A DNA stretch of 64,000 nucleotides from Fibrobacterales bacterium (GTDB lineage: Bacteria; Fibrobacterota; Fibrobacteria; Fibrobacterales; JAOPTW01): the NCBI GenBank assembly GCA_051532055.1, contig JAOPTX010000016.1:36059-100058 (forward strand). Reading direction: 5' to 3'. Below the pieces are notes generated by a model, which worked only from the letters and a program-made list of their open reading frames with translations, was not told the DNA's origin and did no database searches. Position 1 is the stretch's first letter. The number at the start of each line of letters is the position of its first letter. Shown here in pieces: positions 41,717-52,435 of the stretch. The position numbers and the translations under genes are program-made.

Positions 41717-42538
41717 TTATTTCTTCTCTTTTTTCTCTTTCTGTTCTGCCTTGTATTTAATGGTGTGTTTCTCAAACGTTGTTTTGATACTTTCGGTACC
41801 CACTGTTCCTATGTTAATTTCAAGGATTCCTGCTCCAGCCGGCGGCTCTTCTGCTCCAACCCATGCCATATGTAATGTATACCCTTGATCCACACCTGAC
41901 TTAGGTTCAACAGTAACTGAGCCTTCATAGAGATCCATTACAGCTCCCCACATAACTCCTTGAGCCACAAGAACAATGCTATGCGCATCATCAACAGTCA
42001 GGTAATCGTAAGAGAGTACAAGAGGTTTACCTTTCTCCACAACATCTACTACAATGCCGTCTACAATGAGCGAGAATGATGTTACCGAATCTGGAAGTTC
42101 AGAAACGGTCGCTATAAGACCAGAATATGATGCTTCAAGATCGAGTACCACTTCAGTCATCTTTTCTGGTTCAACATAAAAGGACGTGCCCCCTCTATGA
42201 ATAACTACACCTTCATTATCAATAGTATATGCAACAACAGTCCAACTTTTGAATGATGCGAGGCCATTAAAATCAGCGACTACATCATCCCCACCACGGG
42301 TACTCACCTCAATTTTTTTTACAATATCTTCTTCACCTTCAGCAGTAAGGGTAACAACAAGTTCTTCCATTTCAAATTGTGATACTTTTGCAAGAATCCC
42401 CACTTGTGCTACATCTACAGTGAGTGTTGCACCACCAGTCTGATCTAAGCTTTGTGCACTCAGTAAAGAAAGGTTATCAGAGCACCCAACTATTCCAAGA
42501 AGTGAAACGAGTGCTGCTTTAATTATTAACTGTTTCAT
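41717..42538 (-). CDS. Hypothetical beta-rich lipoprotein
   Basis: Lipobox IVGC; GGGG RBS. Confidence 0.7.
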   Translation of the reverse strand: MKQLIIKAALVSLLGIVGCSDNLSLLSAQSLDQTGGATLTVDVAQVGILAKVSQFEMEELVVTLTAEGEEDIVKKIEVSTRGGDDVVADFNGLASFKSWTVVAYTIDNEGVVIHRGGTSFYVEPEKMTEVVLDLEASYSGLIATVSELPDSVTSFSLIVDGIVVDVVEKGKPLVLSYDYLTVDDAHSIVLVAQGVMWGAVMDLYEGSVTVEPKSGVDQGYTLHMAWVGAEEPPAGAGILEINIGTVGTESIKTTFEKHTIKYKAEQKEKKEKK

Positions 42539-42785
42539 ATTCCCCTACCCCATAAATATTATTGCTGTACTGATTTCTAAAATCATGTTTATTTATCGAG
42601 CATTGTGAGAGACAACATTAGCATAAAGTGTATTAATGACACTTTAATTTGAACATCAACTCCATCTCCATATAATTCAAAGACTTATGGATTCTAAAAA
42701 AATATCATCATTAACAACAAATCAACTAATTGCATTTTAAATGCAGTATATAGGCAAATTGATTCCTTTTTTCTAAGTTCGAGCC

Positions 42786-43283
42786 ATGACTAGAGAAGAT
42801 ATTACCTGCATTACCAGCCACGACCTCACTCATTTGAGTACTGAAGCATCGATTAACCCAAGAAAGCGTAAAAACCTTAATATTCATCAATTAGATGACC
42901 CCATCCAGCGCTTCTTTAATGCTCTTGAGCCAAATACCTACATACAGCCCCATCGGCATATCGACCCACCAAAGATTGAGACCTTTATTCATGTCAAAGG
43001 ATCATTTTTGGTCGTACTTTTTAACGACAATGGTACCATAGTAAGAGTAGAGCGTTTTTCTGACTTAAAGGAGAATATTGTAATGGATATTCAACCAGGA
43101 GTCTGGCACTCCCTCATTTGCGAAGAGCCGAATACCATTTTTTTTGAGATTAAAACAGGCCCTTATAGAGCGCCCACTGATAAAGATTTTGCACCCTGGT
43201 CACCACAACCTGACACGCATGAAGTAAAAGCATATTTAGAGCAGCTCCACTCAGATGTCCTTTCCTTCATGAAAACGATCTAA
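42786..43283 (+). CDS. WbuC family cupin
   Basis: PRKRKNLN.H, YIQPHRH, WHSL, FEIKTGPY, FAPWSP. Confidence 0.88.
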   Translation: MTREDITCITSHDLTHLSTEASINPRKRKNLNIHQLDDPIQRFFNALEPNTYIQPHRHIDPPKIETFIHVKGSFLVVLFNDNGTIVRVERFSDLKENIVMDIQPGVWHSLICEEPNTIFFEIKTGPYRAPTDKDFAPWSPQPDTHEVKAYLEQLHSDVLSFMKTI

Positions 43284-43976
43284 ATAGAACGCTTTATATA
43301 CATTATCGGCTATCTGCCGTTTTAACATGCCTAAATCAATAGATAAGTGACGTGCTGCAGAAAGATACACCTCTTCTATTGAGCCATCCCAGTCATCAGT
43401 TTCAAAAAGAATCCTATCAAGGGGGGTCGCTTTTAAGGTTGCTATCCGTTTTTTATGCCCTAAAACAATATCTTTTCCATAAGAGAACCAGACTGGGTAA
43501 TGAAGTAACTGTATCATCTCTTCTTTAGAGCCTGAGTACCAGTGAAATATCCATGCGGGGATAGTATCATTGCGGACAATTTCTTTCATTATCTGATGAG
43601 TACTCTTGACTGAATGAATCACTATTGGAGAACTAAACTGCTTCGCTATAGAAACATGGTTCAAAAACACCTTAATCTGAAGGTCATATTCAGTTGAAGC
43701 TAATCTATCAAGACCGGTCTCACCCACCGCGAGGCATCCCGATTCTGGATTTTTTAATAACCGAATGAGCAGACTAAGATGTTCTTCAAATTCAGTATCA
43801 ATATACCAAGGGTGCACTCCTGCTGAATGAGTAACACTGGAGGGCTGTTCCTTCCCCAAAAGTGAGGCATAAATAGCGCTCGCCTCTGACAAAGTATGAG
43901 TATGAACATCAATTGACTCTCCTGCCTCAATAGACTCATAAAGTCGACGATATACAGGAGGGGTTACACTCATCAC
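43251..43976 (-). CDS. TatD family hydrolase
   Basis: DVHTH, GVHPW, VGETGLD, IHSV, FHWY, LFETD. Confidence 0.88.
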   Translation of the reverse strand: MMSVTPPVYRRLYESIEAGESIDVHTHTLSEASAIYASLLGKEQPSSVTHSAGVHPWYIDTEFEEHLSLLIRLLKNPESGCLAVGETGLDRLASTEYDLQIKVFLNHVSIAKQFSSPIVIHSVKSTHQIMKEIVRNDTIPAWIFHWYSGSKEEMIQLLHYPVWFSYGKDIVLGHKKRIATLKATPLDRILFETDDWDGSIEEVYLSAARHLSIDLGMLKRQIADNVYKAFYLDRFHEGKDI

Positions 43977-44072
43977 AATTGTTTATCCTATCAATAATTC
44001 TACCATAAAAATACTCAATTTTAAATTTTAGTATGGTATAATAATTGGTATTCACTATCCATTAGTACTCTT

Positions 44073-45854
44073 ATGATACAAGATAACACCGTGAACGACA
44101 CATCACAAAATGCAGAATATATACAAAAGAAACTGATACTCAACACTAAAATGAGTTTGAGCTTTGTAGCACTTTTAGTGATACTTTCCGCTACATTTCT
44201 CGTAAGTGGTTACCAGACGCTGGGACTGTTACTTATTCCATTTATGGCAATATTTATCGCAATCACTCTTTTATCAAAAATGGGATTTACCAAAGCAGCG
44301 CGTCAAGGATTTGTAATATCCTCCAATATTACCGTGCTGGTATTCTCAATCCTAGTAGGCAAAGAGAGTGCTATTGAGTTACTTTTTATAATACTTATTA
44401 TGTTTCCCTTTCAACTTTTTACCGTTAAAGAGAAATATCAACAAATTTTTTCAATCATCATGCTCCTCTCATGCGCAGCATGTACACAACTTTTCCACGT
44501 ATTTAGTCCAAGTGAAGGAATAACTCCCGCAGTAGCACGTATTATTGAGTTTATCATATACTTCTACGTGTTTTTCACAGTAATCGCACTTAATGCATCA
44601 GAGTACTTCGTCACAACATCACGCAGCGAAAAATTGAAAGCCAGTAATAAAGAACTCGGGAACTACAAAGATAAACTTGAAGAAATGGTTGTCGAACGCA
44701 CCAAAGCACTCGAAGAGGCTAATCGTTCTAAGTCGGAATTTTTGGCAAGTATGTCAAATGAAATTATTAGCCCAATTAATGAGATCATCAGTTACAATAA
44801 ACTTTTGAGTGGTTCGATACAACCAGAACTTAGATCCCACGTATCCGCTATCGAAAAGTCATCTCAAGATCTTCTTGTTCTTATTAACGATATTATTGAT
44901 GTTTCAAAACTTGAAACTGGATGGATTAAGCTTAATCAAAATCCCCTAGACCTCAAACTAATACTCAACGAAATAAAAGAAACCTACTTCGCTCGCTGTG
45001 AGAACAAGCAAGTTGCCTTTGAAGTAAATATTGCGTCCAACTTCCCCCATAGAATCATATTAGATGAACTCAGGCTCCGTCAAATTATTACGAACTTTGT
45101 GAGTAATTCTGTAAAATTTACTCCATCAGGCAGCATTACAATAGATGTCACTTTTGATTATATCGATGAGGAACTTATATCCTTTGACGTGCAAGTTTCC
45201 GACACCGGAAAAGGAATGTCCGAAAATAAGCTCCAACACCTCTTTGATACCTTTAGAGTCAGTAACATCAAAGACTCGGTGAAATATAAAGGAACGGGAC
45301 TCGGTCTCTCTATTTGTGAGAAGCTCACCAGAATGATGGGCGGGCATATTAAAGTAAAAAGTCAACTCAATAAAGGAACAACCTTTACTATCCACTTTGC
45401 CGATATAGCAATTTCAGCACTCCATGCTATTTCTACCGAAGGTTTCAAAGAGGTAAGTGACATTGAATTTGATGGCCAAACGATATTAACCGTTGACGAT
45501 GTCGCCTTTAACAGAGAGGTAGTTAAAAAGATATTAATGAACCATAATCTCAAAGTTATTACAGCCGAGAATGGTTCAGAGGCAACGCTTATAGCTCAAA
45601 AAATCATTCCCGATCTCATCATCATGGATATTAGAATGCCGATAATGAATGGTTATCAAGCTGCAGAAATAATTAAAACTGGCGTAGATACTAAACAAAT
45701 TCCTATAATTGCCTTAACAGCATCAACCAGTTCAGAAAACATCGATGATGATGACAACAACTTTTTTGATGGTGTACTCCCTAAACCAATTAAAGCACCA
45801 CTGTTGTTAGGGGAGCTTTCAAAACACCTTCATGTGGACGGAACAAAAAAGTGA
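44073..45854 (+). CDS. Membrane hybrid sensor kinase/receiver, H-box His replaced by Asn
   Basis: N-terminal TMs; KSEFLASMSNEIISP; NSVKFT, DTGKG, GTGLGL; receiver DD...MDIRMP...KP. Confidence 0.88.
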   Translation: MIQDNTVNDTSQNAEYIQKKLILNTKMSLSFVALLVILSATFLVSGYQTLGLLLIPFMAIFIAITLLSKMGFTKAARQGFVISSNITVLVFSILVGKESAIELLFIILIMFPFQLFTVKEKYQQIFSIIMLLSCAACTQLFHVFSPSEGITPAVARIIEFIIYFYVFFTVIALNASEYFVTTSRSEKLKASNKELGNYKDKLEEMVVERTKALEEANRSKSEFLASMSNEIISPINEIISYNKLLSGSIQPELRSHVSAIEKSSQDLLVLINDIIDVSKLETGWIKLNQNPLDLKLILNEIKETYFARCENKQVAFEVNIASNFPHRIILDELRLRQIITNFVSNSVKFTPSGSITIDVTFDYIDEELISFDVQVSDTGKGMSENKLQHLFDTFRVSNIKDSVKYKGTGLGLSICEKLTRMMGGHIKVKSQLNKGTTFTIHFADIAISALHAISTEGFKEVSDIEFDGQTILTVDDVAFNREVVKKILMNHNLKVITAENGSEATLIAQKIIPDLIIMDIRMPIMNGYQAAEIIKTGVDTKQIPIIALTASTSSENIDDDDNNFFDGVLPKPIKAPLLLGELSKHLHVDGTKK

Positions 45855-46777
45855 AAGTTTTTATCTATTTAAAAAACCCGATTAAGACATTTGATATGCA
45901 AGCATATATCCATGAGATGGTGCTCAAACAGTTCCCTACTCTGGAAGTTGAATCGTTTGAACGATTTTCAGAATTAGTAGAACGAATTCATGAACCCGAC
46001 ATTATTGTTACGTGGGTATTCAAGAAAGAACTCTACGCGCAAGCGACGAACCTAAAAGAAATCTACACACCCGCAGCAGGGAACGATTGGGTTCCTGATG
46101 ACCCATCACGTCGAGTCGATGTAACCTATGGTACTTTTCACGGCTCAATGATGGCAGAATCCCTTGTAGGAAACATCCTCTACCACAGTCATCGAACCCC
46201 CCTTATGCTTACCCGTCAAAAAGAGCATCACTGGGACCGCGCTGCACAATCAGGTATAACACTCCTCAAAGATCAGACCGTTCTTATTATAGGATATGGC
46301 AATATTGGGCGTTCCTGCGCACAGCTATTAATACCCTTTGGCTGTCATGTCATTGGCATGAAGAGATCCATCTCCAGTTCAATTGATGAATTTGGTGTTG
46401 AGTGTACGACTCCCGAGCATATGGAATCAGCCCTAGAACGCGCAGACCATGTTATACTGATACTCCCATCAGGTCATGCAACCGATGGTATGTTCAAACA
46501 AGAATACTTCACCTTTATGAAAAAAACAGCATATCTCTATAATATTGGTCGGGGGAATGCGATCACCACAGAGAGTTTGATATGGGCACTAGAAAATGAA
46601 GTTATTGCTGGCGCCGCTATCGATGTTTTCGAAGCAGAGCCTCTTTCGAAAGAGTCACCACTCTGGGATCTCAAAAATCTTTTTATCACTCCCCACTCAG
46701 CTTGTGTCTTTGAAAACTATAAAAGTGAATTTTTTTACGAACTCCGTGATGCACTCTCAGAACGTCTCAACGAATAA
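45851..46777 (+). CDS. D-2-hydroxyacid dehydrogenase family protein
   Basis: GYGNIG, NIGRG, DVFEAEPL, ITPH. Confidence 0.88.
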   Translation: MKVFIYLKNPIKTFDMQAYIHEMVLKQFPTLEVESFERFSELVERIHEPDIIVTWVFKKELYAQATNLKEIYTPAAGNDWVPDDPSRRVDVTYGTFHGSMMAESLVGNILYHSHRTPLMLTRQKEHHWDRAAQSGITLLKDQTVLIIGYGNIGRSCAQLLIPFGCHVIGMKRSISSSIDEFGVECTTPEHMESALERADHVILILPSGHATDGMFKQEYFTFMKKTAYLYNIGRGNAITTESLIWALENEVIAGAAIDVFEAEPLSKESPLWDLKNLFITPHSACVFENYKSEFFYELRDALSERLNE

Positions 46778-46783
46778 TAATAT

Positions 46784-47029
46784 TCACTCCTGATACTCAA
46801 GATAGCGCAATCCTTTAAGCAGTGAGTGAGTTGTCTCATCTCTCAGTGGCTCATAGAGTTTGGTACGACCAATTTGGTCAAGCACAGGAAAACCTTGTAC
46901 GGGCATTGTTTCTTCACAGGGAATAAAACACCCTATTACTTGGTTTCCTTGTACAATAGCAATAGGTTCACCACCATTTGTTACTTGTGCAAGTCTCTGC
47001 CCCAACCGTGTGCTATCTATAACTTCCAT
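46784..47029 (-). CDS. Small protein with Phd/YefM-like N-terminus
   Basis: VIDSTRLGQRLAQV..GEPIAIVQGNQVIGCFIP pattern resembles the Phd DNA-binding fold. Confidence 0.45.
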   Translation of the reverse strand: MEVIDSTRLGQRLAQVTNGGEPIAIVQGNQVIGCFIPCEETMPVQGFPVLDQIGRTKLYEPLRDETTHSLLKGLRYLEYQE

Positions 47030-47273
47030 ATTCCCACCAACTCCAATCACATTTGTTCCATAAGTGAAACCATTTTACTGTTGATCACAATAGGAGTCAA
47101 GATTATAACCACACCTTTAAAATTTTTAGTACCGCATCACATAAAATAGAATTAAGATTTCTAATTCCTCAAACGACTTTTTTGTGCACTCAGGAATATT
47201 TATTTTTAAGAGCGCTCAGTCATGGTGAGATTACCGAGTTGCCCCTCTTTTTTTTTCTATGTTTCACGGTACT

Positions 47274-47972
47274 ATGAAAGACACCACTTACTTTATATCG
47301 CTCCTCAACCTAAGTATCATGCTCATCCCCTGTGCCATTGTGGCACTCTTTTATTACCGATGGCAACTGAAGGATCAAAAGCCCCTCTACTCACTTACCC
47401 GCATGGTGGTACAGCTCCTTCTTGTGGGGTATTGTCTCAGTTTTATATTTACACAACACAATGTTATCATAACTCTTGCTGTGGTACTCGTCATGATTCT
47501 TTTTGCAACATGGATTGCACTCCGGGTTATACCTGGTCGTAAAAAAGAGCTCCTCGGTAAATCATTTCTTGCAATAATCCTCTCATTTATCCCCATATAT
47601 ATTATCACTACCTTTTTTGTGATAGACCTCGACCCATGGCACAACCCACGATATCTCATCCCCCTTGCAGGCATGATGCTCGCACGCTCAGTAGATAGCG
47701 TTAGCTTAAGTGCTGAACGTTTCTTTAGTGAGAAAGACGCTGGCCGGGACTACCTTACCTGTCGCTTCGCTGGCTTTAAATCAGCCATGATTCCCACCAT
47801 AAACTCTCTTATCGCCGTGGGGATCGTTTTTATTCCGGGTATGATGACAGGCCAAATACTCTCTGGCATAGACCCACTCATTGCAGTACGATATCAAATA
47901 CTCGTAATGACCATGATTTTTAGTGTGACCGGCCTCAGTGCGGTTATTTTTCTTAAAATGAATAAGTTCTAA
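47274..47972 (+). CDS. FetB/STAR2 (UPF0014) family ABC permease
   Basis: RMVVQLLLVGY, PRYLIPLAGM, PGMMTGQILSG..P..AVRYQ. Confidence 0.88.
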   Translation: MKDTTYFISLLNLSIMLIPCAIVALFYYRWQLKDQKPLYSLTRMVVQLLLVGYCLSFIFTQHNVIITLAVVLVMILFATWIALRVIPGRKKELLGKSFLAIILSFIPIYIITTFFVIDLDPWHNPRYLIPLAGMMLARSVDSVSLSAERFFSEKDAGRDYLTCRFAGFKSAMIPTINSLIAVGIVFIPGMMTGQILSGIDPLIAVRYQILVMTMIFSVTGLSAVIFLKMNKF

Positions 47973-48026
47973 CCGCAAGTACCAAAAATTATTTGACCCA
48001 GACTCATTTTAGGTATATTTATTCTG

Positions 48027-48722
48027 ATGAAAAATATACCTACTCTTCTTTCGCTCCTCATTATTGCAGTACTCACTCTGTTGATCTGTTCATGCAATAA
48101 CCCCAGTGACAAACGATATCCAGTCAAAGGAATCGACGTTTCTCACCACCAAGGTGACATTATATGGGATAGCATCATTAATCAACAGATAACCTTTGCG
48201 TTTTTAAAAGCTACCGAGGGTGAAAACCATAAAGACACTCGGTTCGAAGAGTATTGGGCCGCTATTTCAAAGAGCTCAATAAAAAAAGGCGCCTACCATT
48301 TTTTTAGCTTCTGTAAAGAGGGGGCTGTGCAGGCAAAAAATTATATTGAATCAGTAACACTTACTCACGGTGATTTACCACCCGCTGTGGACCTTGAGTT
48401 CGCAGGAAATTGTAAAAATGCATTTGACACCCCAAAGCTTGTCGCTGAAATACGTATCTACCTCGACAGTATTGAAGGTCATTATGGAGTCAAACCCGTA
48501 ATATACACCACAAACAGATTTTATAAAGAGATAATCTTTGAGCATTTTAAAGACCAAAACATCTGGATTCGAAACACCTATTTCAACCCATCTCTTTCCA
48601 ATCGTAAAAATTGGATTTTTTGGCAGTATAAAGTAGGGCCATTCCCTGGCATAACTGGAGATGTAGATCTGAATGTTTTTAATGGGTCATTAGACAAACT
48701 AAATACCTACTGTATTCCATAA
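48027..48722 (+). CDS. GH25 lysozyme/muramidase lipoprotein
   Basis: GIDVSHHQG, KATEG, GAYHFF, DLE, WIFWQY, VDLNVF. Confidence 0.92.
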   Translation: MKNIPTLLSLLIIAVLTLLICSCNNPSDKRYPVKGIDVSHHQGDIIWDSIINQQITFAFLKATEGENHKDTRFEEYWAAISKSSIKKGAYHFFSFCKEGAVQAKNYIESVTLTHGDLPPAVDLEFAGNCKNAFDTPKLVAEIRIYLDSIEGHYGVKPVIYTTNRFYKEIIFEHFKDQNIWIRNTYFNPSLSNRKNWIFWQYKVGPFPGITGDVDLNVFNGSLDKLNTYCIP

Positions 48723-49267
48723 CGGGTCTGTAAGTAAGAATTGAGTTTTTGATACTCATCTCTCCGAGGGACAAAGTTTGCATCACCCTCAATAAGTTCC
48801 TCTAATATTGAATAAGGATGCCAGATTACCTCGGTTACCTCTTCAGCTTGTAGTGCAAATGACTCGAGTGTTGTATCATTCTCTACAAGATACACATACT
48901 GAAAAACCTGTTCAAAAAGAGTTTGCGTCTGAAGAGATGTTTGTACTGTAAAGAGATACAATAATGCTGATTCAGTAATCTCAAGTCCAATTTCTTCAGA
49001 AACCTCTCTCACGGCACTCACCGTAAGAGTATCATTATCAACAACATGTCCAGCCGCGCTTAAATCCCACAACCCTGGATATATTTCTGCGGTTGGGGAG
49101 CGCTTTTGAAAAAGAAGCTCACCGCTAGGGTTCACAATCCAAACATGCACGGTAGCATGCCAGTCACCATCTCTGTGGGCATCGCGACGACTCTTAAACT
49201 GGTCGGTCGGGTCGCCCGTTTCTGTATATATTCTCAGTTGCTCATCCAGTGCCATCAATGCCTCCAC
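48707..49267 (-). CDS. NUDIX hydrolase (IPP isomerase type 1-like)
   Basis: AHRDG.WH, FQKRS, WDLSAAGH, REVSEEIG. Confidence 0.85.
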   Translation of the reverse strand: MEALMALDEQLRIYTETGDPTDQFKSRRDAHRDGDWHATVHVWIVNPSGELLFQKRSPTAEIYPGLWDLSAAGHVVDNDTLTVSAVREVSEEIGLEITESALLYLFTVQTSLQTQTLFEQVFQYVYLVENDTTLESFALQAEEVTEVIWHPYSILEELIEGDANFVPRRDEYQKLNSYLQTRYGIQ

Positions 49268-49389
49268 AATGCTTAATCTCCTCTAAAAACAGCATCAAAA
49301 GGAGATCTCAGCAATAATCTAGGTATTTTTTTATTTTTCTCACCAAATCAGTATCACATTCTTATAGTCTCACCGTTTTACTTACAGAT

Positions 49390-49872
49390 ATGAATAATAG
49401 ACAACTAGAGAACCTATTTATGCAGTTTTCACCCCTTGCATTTTCTGTAAGTGTCTCAGTCCTTCATTCCCGTGAAGAAGCTGAAGATGTTGTACAAGAG
49501 CTCTTTCTCAACCGAGTACCTAAAATGATGGAGCGCTATAGCACTGTAAGCCCTGAAGAGATGGGCCGTATTATCGCACGCAGTGCAAAAAACCTTTCTA
49601 TTGATATGTTTCGTAAAAAAAGGCGCTATCCTGAGCAACAAATCCTGGAATCAGATGCCGTGACTGAAGTTGAAAACCCTACAGAAACTCCAGAGGTGAC
49701 CACATTCCTTGATGCAGTCAATGAAACCGATCGTGAAGTACTGACTCTAAAATATCTCAACAAGCTCACATGGAGCCAGGTTGCAGAAATCCTTGGTCTC
49801 TCTGAAGTGGGCTCACGAAAACGGGGACGCATTGCACTTGAACGCATTAAAAACTTGGTGAAACGAGGGTAA
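49390..49872 (+). CDS. ECF RNA polymerase sigma factor
   Basis: EAEDVVQELF, NLSID, TWSQVAEILG. Confidence 0.85.
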   Translation: MNNRQLENLFMQFSPLAFSVSVSVLHSREEAEDVVQELFLNRVPKMMERYSTVSPEEMGRIIARSAKNLSIDMFRKKRRYPEQQILESDAVTEVENPTETPEVTTFLDAVNETDREVLTLKYLNKLTWSQVAEILGLSEVGSRKRGRIALERIKNLVKRG

Positions 49873-49873
49873 T

Positions 49874-50647
49874 ATGAAACAGAAACTACTCAGCGATATA
49901 GATATGCAACTCTTTCTTGCCCGAGCACTCCCTTGGTACAAACGACTCTTTATCCGTATTCTCCTCCTCCTTTCGCCAGAATTACAGAAACAATATTCAA
50001 AAATTGCAGCAGAAAACACTGTTTTTATGAACCGTGAACAACCACGACTCCACCAATCTCTCTTTGAAAAAAACAGCACGCGTGCCCCCATTAAAAATAG
50101 CTCTCCGTTTTTGGCGCCCTGGTTCAAACCTGCAATCTCTTTTGCCACGGTCGCCCTTATTGCCCTCCCCATGATTACCACCTACATGGCCACAAGTACC
50201 GATAGTCCAGATCAACCCTACTACGCCGCAAAAGGCTCAGGCCTCGGAGTTTCCCTTTTTAAAAAAGAGCGAGAATACACCCTCCTCAGTGACGCCCATG
50301 TCAACCTCAATATTCTTGACACACTCCAACTTATGCCTATGGGAACATCAAGCCAATTTGTTGCACTCTATACACTGCACAACAACAAGCTCTCTCGCAT
50401 TTATCCAGAAAACACCAAAACGCTCGTTCTCTTTAATGAGCAAACGCTCCCCCCATCACTCATTTTTGATGGCGATACCACCAGGCTCATAGCTGTTACA
50501 GCCACAATCCCCCATGCTCTTACCAAAGTTGAACAAATCATTACGGGCTTTTCATCAGACTACAACCAAACACCTCCTCTTTCTCACCTTGTTGATAGTA
50601 TCTATATTCAGCCATTTCTTATTACCTTAGAGACTTCTCATGATTAA
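49874..50647 (+). CDS. Putative single-TM anti-sigma factor with periplasmic domain
   Basis: Directly follows sigma gene; TM near residues 85-105, then YAAKGSG. Confidence 0.6.
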   Translation: MKQKLLSDIDMQLFLARALPWYKRLFIRILLLLSPELQKQYSKIAAENTVFMNREQPRLHQSLFEKNSTRAPIKNSSPFLAPWFKPAISFATVALIALPMITTYMATSTDSPDQPYYAAKGSGLGVSLFKKEREYTLLSDAHVNLNILDTLQLMPMGTSSQFVALYTLHNNKLSRIYPENTKTLVLFNEQTLPPSLIFDGDTTRLIAVTATIPHALTKVEQIITGFSSDYNQTPPLSHLVDSIYIQPFLITLETSHD

Positions 50648-52433
50648 GCACCTTGTTCTCTCTATCGTCTTTATCTCTCTCACCCTCAGTGCATCACCAC
50701 AGTGGGCTAAGGTAAATGTTATCGTAGCCAGTAAAAGTGGTCTATCAAATGACACAGAATTGCGCTATGCTTATAATGACGCCCAAAAGATGAGTACTAC
50801 TCTTACAGAACTCAGCGATATCGATCCCAACAACAACTTTCTCATCACTACAGAATCTACATCAGAGTTACGAGAACAGCTCACCGCCATTAGCACACAT
50901 ATTGCGAAGCTCAAACAAACGAATAAAATTCTCCTGCAATTTTATTACTCTGGACATGGTTCAGGGAGTAGCTTCCATATTGGCAACGAAAAGTTTCTTT
51001 TCAAAGAGGTCAAATCATTACTCAACACCCACAGCATTGACACCCGTATCTTCATTCTTGATGTCTGCTTTGGGGGTACCTTCCTCAACACCAAGGGATT
51101 TACCAAAGCAAAACCAATCTCAGTCAACCTCGATGTCAATGATGTTACTAAAGGTGAAGTGATCATTAGTTCATCCGCAATAAACGAACAGGCCTATGAG
51201 ATAGAATCACTCGAAGGATCAGTATTTAGTACCAACTGGATTATGGGCCTCAGAGGAGCGGGCGATAAGAATAGTGATGGTCAAGTTTCACTCTTTGAAG
51301 CGTACAACCACGCGTATGATCATACGGTAAATTACACATCCCAAACACTACAAAAACCGCAGCATCCTTCATATAACATGGACCTTACCGGCGCTCATGA
51401 TATTGTGCTAACCAAGCCCACCCTTTCCGCAAATGGTATCGTATTCGACAATTGCCCCAAAGGAATCTATACCATATATAACGCATCTCAGTTTCACACT
51501 ATTGGCGATGTTCGACTCTCAAATTCGGGGCGCTTCTTTTTAGCACTCCAAAGCGGCGTATACTCTATTACAACCCCCAATACTGATGGTCGTATTATGG
51601 AAGCCTCAGTGACCGTAACCAAATACCTTACAGAAGTGGCCTATACAGAGTTTGCACCCAAGAAGGAGTCAGCCATCATCCATAAAAGAAAAGGCTCCCG
51701 CAGTACCTATAAACAAAACTTTATATCTACCGTCTACAACAACTCTGGCGTCAATCTCTTACTCGGACTTGGACATCACTCTCTTTCAAAAATCACTCAA
51801 ACACTGAATACCCAAAATGACATTGAAGACCTATTTAACATCACCCCAGAGTACACCCTTGACGAGACGCTCTATACCAACTATGGTATAAATCTCATGC
51901 TCACTACAGGCAACTGGGGTATTACAGGTTACATCGAAGGGTATACTCAAAAAATCTCAATGAAAGCCTCAGGAACCGAACCCACTCAAGAGCCTCAAGA
52001 AGACCTTGATGTATTTGCTCTTGGGTCAATTGAATTATATCATATAGAAATTGGTATTGCTCTCCATAAACAGGTATTCCTACATCAAAACCAGAGTATC
52101 CATGGGGAATTTGGCGCTTCTTTAGTGAGTGAGAATTACACAAGTTCTTGGAGTTATGAGAGAAAAGCAATGCTCTTCCCCAAAGAGAACTATGAATTTA
52201 AAACAAACATGACAGGGGGACGCTACCATATTGCTGCCCGCTATCAGTATCGAATGGATACAACACTCAATCTTGCCCTTGGAGCAAAACTGAGCGCCTA
52301 CCTCCTCGACCTTGCCACCCACAATGTACCAACAGGTGAAAATGCAACAATCTTTCAAGAACTCAAAGGGCACTCCTTTGTTCCTGGAATTAAACTTGAT
52401 CTACTCCTCTTTATTGGCCCGCGGAGATTTTAA
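50640..52433 (+). CDS. Exported caspase-family (C14) protease with C-terminal beta-rich/barrel-like domain
   Basis: Signal peptide; LRYA..DA, YYSGHG, ILDVCFGG (His/Cys dyad), GLRGAGD..DGQVSL.E, QHP; ends in Phe. Confidence 0.8.
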   Translation: MIKHLVLSIVFISLTLSASPQWAKVNVIVASKSGLSNDTELRYAYNDAQKMSTTLTELSDIDPNNNFLITTESTSELREQLTAISTHIAKLKQTNKILLQFYYSGHGSGSSFHIGNEKFLFKEVKSLLNTHSIDTRIFILDVCFGGTFLNTKGFTKAKPISVNLDVNDVTKGEVIISSSAINEQAYEIESLEGSVFSTNWIMGLRGAGDKNSDGQVSLFEAYNHAYDHTVNYTSQTLQKPQHPSYNMDLTGAHDIVLTKPTLSANGIVFDNCPKGIYTIYNASQFHTIGDVRLSNSGRFFLALQSGVYSITTPNTDGRIMEASVTVTKYLTEVAYTEFAPKKESAIIHKRKGSRSTYKQNFISTVYNNSGVNLLLGLGHHSLSKITQTLNTQNDIEDLFNITPEYTLDETLYTNYGINLMLTTGNWGITGYIEGYTQKISMKASGTEPTQEPQEDLDVFALGSIELYHIEIGIALHKQVFLHQNQSIHGEFGASLVSENYTSSWSYERKAMLFPKENYEFKTNMTGGRYHIAARYQYRMDTTLNLALGAKLSAYLLDLATHNVPTGENATIFQELKGHSFVPGIKLDLLLFIGPRRF

Positions 52434-52435
52434 TT

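Noticed and set aside
42624..42646. TAAAGTGT-N7-ACACTTTA inverted repeat between divergent genes
   Set aside because: Only one copy noticed, in AT-rich DNA, with no associated regulator; insufficient support
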